The notes under the pieces are model-generated. The model ran no database searches. It saw nothing but the letters and a program-made list of their open reading frames with translations, and was not told the origin of the DNA. The translations under genes were made by a program, and so were the position numbers. 64,000 nt of DNA from NCBI GenBank assembly GCA_977030845.1, contig OZ365114.1:29016001-29080000 (forward strand), in the 5' to 3' direction. Positions 50,733 through 62,700 of this stretch are shown one piece after another. The stretch is from Fimbriosthenelais zetlandica (taxonomy: Eukaryota). Position 1 is the stretch's first letter; each line of letters begins with the position of its first letter.

Positions 50733-53700
50733 GACAGAGAGAGACTCAGAGAGGGAGACAGAGTTACAGAGAAGAGTGTGAGGAGAGAGAGAGAGAGACA
50801 GAGAAGAGTGTGACAGAGAGATAGAGAATAGTGAGAGGAGAGAGAGAGACATAGAGCGACAGAGAGGGGCTGCATGTTACACAGTAAGAAATAGAGAGGA
50901 GCACCAAAGAGACAGGGATAGGTGTGAGACAGGGAGCGAGAGACAGAGACAGGACTGAGAGCGAGAGTTGAGAATGACACAGTATGATATATAGATATTG
51001 ATCTCTATCTCGGTCTGTTTGTCTCTAGCATCCATTGCGCGGGCGAGACCATCGTGGTACATTGATCCTTATTGGAGGTCGGTATAAATAAATTATCAAC
51101 AACAAAAGCAAAAGAAATATATAAATTAATAGATATTTCTGTTATGCAAGTCCTGGATCGATGGATTGATGGATTTGTGGATGGNNNNNNNNNNNNNNNN
51201 NNNNNNNNNNNNNNNNNNNNNNNNNNNNNNNNNNNNNNNNNNNNNNNNNNNNNNNNNNNNNNNNNNNNNNNNNNNNNNNNNNNNNNNNNNNNNNNNNNNN
51301 NNNNNNNNNNNNNNNNNNNNNNNNNGATTTATGTTCAACTTTTAAAAAATGTGTTCAGGACATATATATATAGAGTTCATTTGATACAGTAATTTACACC
51401 CGACCAGACGGTATTTTAGGTCCTTCTTGGAAAGGATTGATTTTGGCCAAAATAAATGGGTCAGATGTCGGAGGGAGGGAGAAAGAGATCCGACAAGCCT
51501 GGATCTGGGGATCCAAAAACAATGGTTACCGTTATAGCGAGGTCCCACTGTAAATCCAAGTCCATTTCTTATCATTTCAGATAACCGGACTCCATGGCCT
51601 AAAGCTAACAGAGATCGAACTACCAAAACTCCAGCAGTCACAGGCTACAAAAAGAAAATGGCTGCTATTTCACCCATTCTCTTCCTCCCTTTCCTTCTCC
51701 TCTTCTTTTCCCCAACCACTGCTGAGACAGCCCAGAAGGGAGAGGTTCAAATCCGGGGGCAAACCAACATCCGGCGAGCGGCCGGGCATCGGTTGAAAGT
51801 GCCCTGTGAGACGACATTAGCAAACACGACTTTAACATGGATCGATCCACAGAATGAAATTATCACAGGGAATGTTTCTGCTCGGATACACATGACGGAC
51901 GAGTTTGTGTTGGTGTTGACCGTATTAGAGATGAATGATACGGGGCTTTACGTGTGTAAGGCAGACACGTATAACGCTACGTTAAGTTTGTCGGTGTTTG
52001 TCATACCGGGTTATTTCGTGGAGGGGATGGTTATACTCATTATCAATGCTTGTTTACTCGTTATATTCTCCCTGTGTCTGCTCCAGGCTTGTATCAGGGG
52101 CAGGAGGAACAAGGAGGTTTATGACAAGGTAAATAAGGGGGCTGATGATGAGGAAAAACGGAGGATTTAGACGAGAAAACAGAGGATTTAGACGAGAAAA
52201 CAGAGGATTTAGTAAGAAAAACAGAGGATTTAGAGGAAAAATAAGAGGATTTATTGGAGGAAACAGAGGATTCAGAGGAGAAAATAGAGGATTGAGTGGA
52301 GAAAAACAGAGGATTTACTGAAGAAAACAGAGGATTTAGTAAGAAAAGGATTTAGTGGAGAAAATAGAGGATTTACCAGAGAAAAACATACACAAGTAAA
52401 ACCAAGGATTTTACATGAGAATTAAAAAAATGTGACAAAAGTATTCTCGTGAGAAAACCAAGGTACAGCAAAAACAAAAATAAATTGGTGAAAAGGGAAA
52501 GCAAATAATGATTGTTTATGTTGAGTCAATTTGTCCTGCTGAATATATATATTTTGAAATGTAAATATTGTGTACATTTTGTGTAAATATTCATAATTAT
52601 GCTAGAAACACTGTGTGTGGATCCTGCATATTCTTTTCTCTTTTTTTTTGTTTTTTAGCTGAGACTAATATTTGTATGTGTACTCTTATTGTCCAGACCT
52701 GTAAATAGTGAAATATTGTAAATAAAAATATTGTAAATCTTTAGACTTACTCTGAAGTTTCTTGATCAAGGCATCTTGCTTCCGAGAACTGAAAAAAATA
52801 AAGAAATATCCTTAAAATATAATTAAATTTTATATATAATTATGATTATTTATTCCATCTGATTTCAAATTTAAACATCAATTTTATCAAGGTAAATTAC
52901 ATTTTATTAATTTAAAAGTAAAAATCTAATCCTAAGTTCGAATCTTAGTAGCTTCTGGGAGAATTTGAAAGCAATTTGAAATACAAAAAAAATAAAATGA
53001 AATGAAATTCATTCATTATGACTTACTTCTGTTCCTGTTCTTTAACTTTCTGTTTGAATTGCTGAGTTTGCTTTTCGTAATCTTTTATTTTCTGGTCGTG
53101 TACAGCCTGTGCATGTGAATACATCCGATTGGAGGCCTGAAATTGAAGAAAAAAATATTAAAATGCAAGTAAATCGATCCGGAAAATATTTTGGGAGCTT
53201 TTAACTTTTAAACCCTAGTGGCCAGTCATGACATTAGAAATCCTGAACAGCCACGTAGTGGGCGAGCAATGAAGTACTCTCACCCCACCTATAACGGAAA
53301 ATGGAACTAAACTCTGACATGTATGATAGTATCTACTTTCCCTTTAAGTGCAATGTACTTCAACTAAATTATATATATAGATACTAATTCCTCTTCACAA
53401 ATACAACTGAAGTTTTCCGGAAATTAATGGCAACTTAATCTCTCTTCGAGAATACATCTTTTCCCTAGAAAATGAATAAATGTTTTTCTATGATTAAAAG
53501 AACGAATTTAATCATTTTTTCTTACCTCGCTTGACTCAAGACGTTCTCTCAGTGATTTGTTCTCCTCTACTTGTTGCCCATATTGCGCCGCCAACTGAAT
53601 ATTTTCCTGGAAAGTAATTTATGTACTTAATAAATTGATAAAATAATGTTAAAAAATCTGTAATTTGAGATTGAATTCTGAAAGAAGGAGAGGTCAATAA

Positions 53701-56700
53701 TTTATTAAATAAATTAATTTAAAATTGATTTGATCATAATACCTGTTTTACTGGTTCGTACTCTCTCAGTGTGATCCTCAGTCTTTCCTCCAGCAGCTCA
53801 CAGTCCCTTTAATACAGAGAAACAAGGCAAATGAATATTGTCCAAAAACGACAACGATGGAAAATGAATTGAAGGTCTTCAAAATTCATCAGTACTTACT
53901 TCTTATATTTGTCCAACTTTTTCGTCAGTTCGTCTGCTTTCTTGGATGCTGTTTCGTACTGTTCATTTAGTTAAGGTTTAAGGTTACATAATCTAAATAA
54001 AACTTATTAATTAAATGATCTAACATTTGAATCTAACTGAAAGAAAATCATTTAAATGAACCATTTTCAAAAAGGATATCTTGACATTTGGATGTGTATT
54101 TCTTGATCAACAAACTGAAATGGAACAAAATAGAAATACATTATAAACACTGCGACCTTTCTATTTGAGTTTCCGAAAATTTCACTTAAAGAATATTAAC
54201 TATTAAATTAATATCTTTTTTTTAAATACATTTACAAAAATTAAACTCAAACTTACTCAGTTGAGATGATTTTTTCTTTCAGTGTCGAGTAGTTCAGGGT
54301 TTGCTCAGCACGAACCGTCTCCAATTCCTAAAATAGAAAACAATAAATTGTCCAAATTAGAAAAGCTCAAAAACGCATTTTTCATGACTTTCTTTTTCAA
54401 ATTGCAGGTTGATTATCTGGACTTATTTTCAATAAAACACATCTTCAATTAAGCCTAATAATGAGTCGATGTGAAATTAAAGAAACTAATTCACTATGAT
54501 GGTTAAACGAAATTTCCTGATTTTAGGCATTTTTATTTTGTAATTTTTGTTAATTACTTGAGTGGATAAAGGGAATCATTTCCCCATATTTTCCTTGATG
54601 GTAGAGAGAAATGCTATCTGGAGCAAGGGGGAAAAGGATTGGAGAGATAACGTTTTGATATATATGTGTCTATATTTTCTTTTAAGTGCCTAAAGATTTA
54701 TTCCCCGGGGCCCTCTGCCAGAGGAATGTGGGGGGAGTGTATATCTATCAGTGAGCCAGCTCTGGATAGCTTCATGTACAACCCCGGGTATATCAGAGCT
54801 AGGGTTCTTATCTTTGGGTACAAAGCCACAGCAACGACCAAACTCATATCATGACCAAGAGGAAACATGCTGCCGGCTATATGGCCTGCTCCTATTAAAT
54901 GACAGTATGTGGCAGTTAGGGTTATGTCTGGCATTTACACGCCTCTCACCACAGACAGTGGGAGACATGGCTGGCCTTTTACATGCCTCTAACTACAAAC
55001 AGTTGGAGATTAGACTGGACTTTTACATGCCTTTCACCACAGACAGTGGGAGACATGGCTGGCCTTTTACATGCCTCTCACCACAGTCAGTGGGAGACAT
55101 GGCTGGCCTTTTACATGCCTCTAACTACAAACAGTTGGAGATTAGACTGGCCTTTTACATGCCTTTCACCACAGACAGTAGGAGACATGGCTGGCCTTTT
55201 ACATGCATCTCACCACAGACAGTGGGAGACATGGCTGGCATTTTACATGCCTCTCACCACAGACAGTGGGAGACATGGCTGGCCTTTTACATGCCTGTCA
55301 CCACAGACAGTGGGAGACATGGCTGGCCTTTTAATATCCCAGTTAGTAGCACTGGGTGGGTAGAAGTGAGGCAAGGGGCGCATTTAGGGGTAGTATCAGT
55401 TGTTTTAGTCGAGATAATACGGTATCTGTTTGATATAAAGGATTTACGGTACACGTTCACCCGTTCGGATGTCTGGTATCTCTCTTGATAAGTATTTGAT
55501 ATTTTGAAGAGTAAGGACGGGGCAGAGACTAGCAAAACTTGACTCAAAATCCAGAACAGAAGGTAAGAACTTGGAATACCATTTCTACTAAAATTTACAG
55601 ATGCAAAGAAAAGAAATCTATAATAACTAACAAACTATATCTCAATTTTGAGTTAGAAATAATTGAAAATCTGAAGAATATCCCTGGGTTTGCAGTATCA
55701 AACCAGTACATCTCACTATATCTCAACGGCAAAGTGCCAAGCCAGCTTTCCCAGCATATAGTTTTATTTCATTTTAATCAATAAATAGTAGATAAAATAT
55801 AGAACTTTGGGAATTAATCACAAATTATTGGAAAAGTTAACAGGAATTCATTGAAATTGTACATATAGTTTCGGTGACTGACCTGAGTAAGCTATATATG
55901 TTTTCAGTGGGATTTAGCCAAGTAGGCTACATAAACACAGATTTTTTGATTTTTTTTTAGTTAGAATTTTTATAGAGCCTGTTATGGGTGAATACCAGCT
56001 CACACTCTTGATTACACAAGAATGTTTGAAATAAACATTTGTACATCAGTCCTTCAGTCAAGAGTTAATTTGACTCTGACTGTAACACAGGAGGCCATAG
56101 ACAGTATGTACAATCGTCATATCATTGACATAGCTCATGTCTTACATTGAAAACGGCATCCAGTCATTCATCCATTAGCCCATCTCATCAACCATTAACC
56201 TTGTATTGTCATTATGTTGTATTGTTCATATCGTCCTGTACTCTGTTATCTGTTCTAATTCTTGTAAATATGTTGTCCTGTACACTGTCCTAATTCTTGT
56301 AAATATGTTGTAATGCGTTGTGTCATTGCTCCTTGTTTATTGTTTATTGTGACTTAATTATATATAGCTAGAAAATTAGAATGGACATTTTATAACTTGG
56401 AAGAATTAACTGTTGGTTCAGAAAACCTACTAATTTATTGTAGAAACCACAGTATAAACGCAAATAAAAAAATATAAAAAATAGCTCAAAACAATGTTAA
56501 TGGTACAGGCCGAATTATTTTGCTACGAAAAATAAGGTTGTCTGTGTGCAACCAGTATACTACCAGTACGATTTCAAAATTTGGTTTGAAATCTGCTTTC
56601 AAAACAGTTTCTTTCTGCCCAATGCTACCCATAGAGAATGGGACTAGCCATGGAAAATGGGACTATGCAAGGACTAAGGGACTACCCATGAAGATTGGGT

Positions 56701-59700
56701 CTACCCATGGAGAACGGGGCTCCCTTCTCCATGTTATTTGAAGCTGATGACAATATGGGATATGAAATAAGATTGTTTCAAATTGATTTGTCCAGGCCAG
56801 ATAAAAGCTCACTGTGAATTTAATTATGTCATTTTCAGGTGAGCGTTTGTCAAGATGAAGGGTGTTTGTTGCTGTTTGTTACTGGTGTTTGTAGTGGGAC
56901 TGGAGGGTAAGATGGTCGACATGTCTCACCTACTTAACAAACACACATTAGTCTACCCTTCACTGCTCAACTTCACTCAAAAGCTCTTTATAAACAGTAC
57001 TGTGGGCCGAAGCAAAACGATGTGAGTATGAAACCTAACATTCATTTATCAAATGTAGTTAATATCTGTAGGTTGTTTGCGGTTCTGAGACGATAAAATT
57101 TAAGACTTTTTAATGACTTTTCAAGATCTATGATCTATATATTGAAGACCTAAAATCCACACTTTCGGACAATGAATAATCGGAAAAAATCGCCAATTAA
57201 ATCACTGGCAATGACGTCAACAAATTTGAGACTTTTTAAGACCTTTTAGACCAAAAAGACCAAAATTTCCACAATCAATTTAGGACTTTTTAATGCCGCG
57301 CGGGAACCTTTAAGTACACTATGGGCCCTAATTTTCTTAAATAAGTAACTGATTTGAAATTATATTATCGGCCGTGATTGGCTTTAATTGGTATTTTTGA
57401 CATTTTTGTCCAGGTTTGTGGGTTATGATGTGAAGTTTAACGAACATACGGGTACTCACATGGATGTACCCATTCACACGTGCCCCACTGGGCGAGCTTT
57501 ACACGAGCTGCCTAAAGAGCAACTCGTGGGACCCGCCGTGGTGTTTGACGTACGTGAACAAGCCTCGACTGACCCCGACTACGGCCTTAAAGTCTCTGAC
57601 ATTGAAGGTAAGTTACGTAAGCTATGTAAGTAAAGCCATCCATTACCATTAACCCACAATCTATCACTACTCAAAACTATTAGCTTTAATTCTAACATCA
57701 ACCTTTCTACTAACCCACTCAAAGCACCTGCCTCTCTAGTTTGCACCTAGAAAACAGCAATAGGCAGAATACCATGGAATAGCCATATTCATTGTGCCCC
57801 GTGAACCTACGACCCCTTATATATGTATAAATATCCTAAATAAAAAAAAATAAAAAAGCCGGGACTCCACTGCTGCTATGTTGCTTGGGACACTACTGCG
57901 ACAAACATAATGCTGGTGTTGCAATGTAAAATATACCAGTGGAGGATGGACTTAAGACCTTGGACACATTGGTCAAATTTTATAATTTTATTGCAACACA
58001 CGCATCATTTTTGTCGCAGTAGTGTCGCAGCAGTGGAGAACAGATTGTACGCAAGCCAAATCATTAGAAGCGATCAAAATAAGCAGTCGCCAGGTCGCCC
58101 TTGGCTACTTATCTTTCATTTTTCCATGATTATGAGATTTTCGAATTTTGCTTAACAGATCATGAAAGAGGATATGGGAGGATTCCAGATGGAGCAATCG
58201 TCTTCCTCAAGACAGGAGGCTCAGAGGTGAGATCAAAAGATTATATTGGAAATTTAGCTCAGTAGGTCATTTCAATTAAATCTGAAGTTTGTATGAAATC
58301 AATTGATAAATTGATGAATAATTCCAGGTTTATCCTGATGCAGTTAAGTATTTTGGTTCGGAAAAAACGTGGGATTTTTCAAGTTTTCATTATCCCGGAT
58401 TCGGCGCCGACGCTGTCAACTGGTTGATCAAAGAAAGGAAGATCAAGGTAGGCCGATACAGTCATACAGCCTCACTAAATAACAGCCTCACTAAAGCGAC
58501 CATCTCACGATCTGACCATTAAATGATCAGAACCAAATGTTTTAACACTACTAAGACATACTCACTAAAGCGACCATCTCAGTATGTGACCACTAAATGG
58601 ACAGAACCATATGTTTTAACACCACTAAGACATACTCACTAAAGCGACCATCTCACTATGTGACCACTAAATGATCAAAACCAAGTGTTTTAACACCACT
58701 AAGACATACTCACTAAAGCGACCATCTCACTATGTGACCACTAAATGATCAAAACCAAGTGTTTTAACACCACTAAGGCATACTCACTAAAGCGACCATC
58801 TCACTATGTGACCACTAAATGATCAGAACCATATGTTTTAACACCACTAAGACATACTCACTAAAGCGACCATCTCACTATGTGACCACATAGTATTAAT
58901 ACCATAATAAATCAATTTTTCACATTTAATAATATTTTTTCTAGGGACTCGGTAATGACAGACTATCGTTTGATGTCGCACAGCCTGATTTTCTGCCCGT
59001 CCACACCATCCTCGGCAAATCCACAATTTACGGTATAGAGAACCTGGCCAACGTTCACAAGATCCCCGTGAGGGGCGCCACCGTGGTAGTTCTGCCCATG
59101 GCCGTGGAGGGCGGCACTGGGTTCCCCACCAGAATCATGGCTTTCTGGGGCGACAATCACGAGTTGTTTTATTCTACGAGTGAGCGAGCACGAGGGAGCG
59201 TGATGGTGCTGGCTATAGGCCTCGTACTAACTGCTTATAGCCTAATGAACTAAGAATGATCTAGTAATTACATTTAGCGCGAGTCTAATTATTACATAAG
59301 CTTTATGCAAAAATGATTAGATATGTTTTCTATATATATGTAGATGATCGGTTAATTTCAGATTATGCTTTATGCTGCATCCATATTCCTATAGACTTGC
59401 GCAAGTCTTGGATTCTTTGATTTTGTTAGGAGGAGGGAGCTGGTAGGGGGAGGGAGCTGGTAGGGGGAGGGAGCTGGTAGGAGGAGGGGGGTGGTAGGAG
59501 GAAGGGTTAGTATGTCATAGGGACGAGCGCTCGTCTAATATTCGTCTTAGTTGCTTCAACTTACGTCACTATTCATACCATCATTGACTGTATAAATACC
59601 AATGTAAAGATGTTAAAAAAATAAAAACATTTTGAGTGATATTTTTTTCTGGCAACGACTACTGTGAATCGACCATGGATATCAGTGTGAACTGGACTGT

Positions 59701-62700
59701 GTCGGGAATTTTTTAGGTTAATAATCAGTATAAAAGGTTTATCACTGGACCACTAGCCTACATAACAAGACAGGCTTAGCATCTTATGTACATTGTAAAA
59801 ACTCAGGTCTCCAGGAGCCTGTGGGTGGATAGGACGCAGTAGAATCCTTCTAGATTATAGAAGGTAAGAATTTTGAAAATTTCGAACCAAAAAGTTTGCA
59901 TATTTACGCAAACTAATTCGTAAAAACCAATAACAGAAATTGAGGTTAATCTCCGGGAGTTATAATCGAAGATATTCGATGATTTTTGTCAACTTTTTAA
60001 GCAAATTATACATGGATTTATATGTCTATAAGTCGGGGGGCAATTGGTCTCGCATCATTTCATACCACAGACAGTGAGAGACATGGCTGTACAGTTTATT
60101 CTAATTCTATTCTAGAGTCCGTGAATCACAATGGCATTGCTTCATGTGCTGGGATGGGTGTTGGTGTCTGTTGTACACCTTGATGCTACCATGATGGACA
60201 TGTCTCATATACTCAACAAGAACGCCATACATGGACCAGGTCTCATAGACTTCAACCTCACACTCAAAGTCAACGGTACCTTCCTCACAGCCAAGCCATG
60301 GTAATTAATAAACAAATTAATTCATTTAAAAACACAAAGTAAGTTAGAACAGTGTGAGCATTTCATGGTAACAAAATTTTGCTGATTTTACCCTGGTTAT
60401 TTTCCTAAATGTCCTCCCTGAATATAGTTTTTTACCAATTTTTCCACGAAAAGAAAATTGGTCTACTCTTTAATGAGTTTTCTTAATGGAAATCTGGAGG
60501 TCATATCCTGGATACTCTAATCTAGTCTATACAAAGGGTCACCAGTTCAATGTGAGAGGTAACATGGCATTGTCATCTAATAATTTGATTGTCTTTTAAT
60601 TTAGTTATAATAATTGTGCAGGTTTAAGCTGTTTGATGTGAGGTTGAGTGAGCATACGGGCACTCACATGGACGCTCCCATTCACTCATACCCGAGTGCT
60701 ATAGCTATACACGAGCTGCCTAAAGAGCAACTCGTGGGACCCGCCGTGGTGTTTGACGTACGTGAACAAGCCAAGACTGACCTCGACTACGGCCTTAAAG
60801 TGTCCGACATTGAAGGTACCGTAATGTTACTGCTAAGCCAGGTATCCACTGCTGCCATTTTGCTTGCGACACTACTGCGACAAAGGTGATGCTTGTGAAG
60901 TTGTGTAAGAATAAAATTTATAAATTGTTGTTCAAGTGTCCAAGGCCGTAAGGCCGTCTTCCAATGGTACATTTATCATTGAAACACAAGCAGACGTGTC
61001 GCAAGCAAAATCGCAGCAGTGGAGTCCCGGCTTTAATGTCACTCTCGCATATTACCAGCTCTGGCTACAGTTGTACTGCTAGATGTCATAGGTTTATAAT
61101 GTCGTACAAATAGGCCTAGAGCAAATGATCAGCAACTTGAACTTCTGAGAGTTTTACAGATCATGATTGGTTAAGACAGTGCCCAAACTGTGCTGAAACT
61201 GACTAAGGTGGTTTCTTAAAGGGGGTGGTCACTTCATGGTGGGGTGAGAGGGGTAGATTTTAAACATACAGTATTTAAACACGTAGGAAAGAGAATGGCA
61301 CCAAAGAAAAATTGTCGGTTTAACTTTAAGGGGGTGGTTCGATGTGGGGAGGGGACTATACCTTTCCATTTCCCATTGAATTTGGTGATAGGATTTTAGA
61401 TTTGGTGCATCAGAGAAATGCTTATACATGCAAATAAAAAAATGTACATGTACTGATGTAACAAATCATGGCGTCCATTTTACAGATTTTGAGAACACTC
61501 ACGGCAGAATACCAGACGGTGCCATAGCCTTCCTCAACACTGGTGGCTCAGAGGTGGGTATAACAAGTCAATTTAATTTCCCCATTCATCTTGTAATTGC
61601 CATAATCAACCGCGACCTAATCAAAGTAAAGGCAGATTCGGCACTCAGCAAACAAAAGTATTGCCCAAATTCATAGTTCATTTCAGTAGAATAAGAATTG
61701 CATCCTAATGTAAACTTAAGACTTTTGTACCAACTTGGGCTTTTCGGGGACTTTTATGATATCTATCATTCATTTCGCATCATAATGACTTTTGAACTAA
61801 ACACCTTGATCTTGTTTCAGTTCTATAATGACCCTGTGCGTTATTTTAACACTGAGGATATCGGGAATTTCTCCACCTTCCATAATCCCGGCTTCACAGT
61901 TGAGTCTGCTAACTGGCTCATCAAGGAACGCAAGATCAAGGTAGGCTATAAATGTGAATGTTAGACTAGTTAAAATTGAATGTCAAAACGGTGGTATTCC
62001 ACCTCTGCCATTTTGCTCACGATACAAAGGTGATGTGGTAATGTGCGGCATAAGAAAGTGAGAAACGTACCAGTAGAGGCCGGCCTTAAGGCCTTCAAGA
62101 CACTTCAACCACAACACCGTGGAACCTTGCAAAGCAAAGACCTCGCTAAAGCGACCATCAATATAAAACAGCCACAGGACTTCAAATTACTTAATAATTA
62201 ATTATAACAAAAAAAATATCTTTATTTATAGTGATAAGGAAAGCTACCACAAATCCTTTTAATTGTGTTTCTTTTAATTTTGACAGTTATTGTTATTTTT
62301 AGGGGTTGGCGGCTGATAGAATATCGTATGATGTCGGCCAGCCCGTCATTCTGCCAGTACATGAGGTCATCGCCAAGGCCAATGTGTACGGCTTGGAGAA
62401 CGTGGCCAACGTTCACAAGATCCCAGTAACGGGCGCCACCGTGGTAGTTCTGCCGATGGCCGTGGAGGGCGGCACTGGGTTCCCCACCAGAATCATGGCT
62501 TTCTGGGGCGACAATCACGAGTTGTTTTATGATTCCACGAGTGAGCGAGCACGAGGGAGCGTGATGGTGCTGGCTATAGGCCTCGTTCTAACTGCTTATA
62601 ATTATATCTAAATGTTTTTTTTAATTAACTACTCGCGGATACCCATCCTTTGGACGGTTTGATTTTCATAGCTTACTGAAAAGGGGGTAGACTTCTGAGA

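Noticed and set aside
54751-55488. 245-aa ORF with repeats
   Set aside because: Translation of the 44-bp array; unit length is not a multiple of 3 and there is no domain signal.
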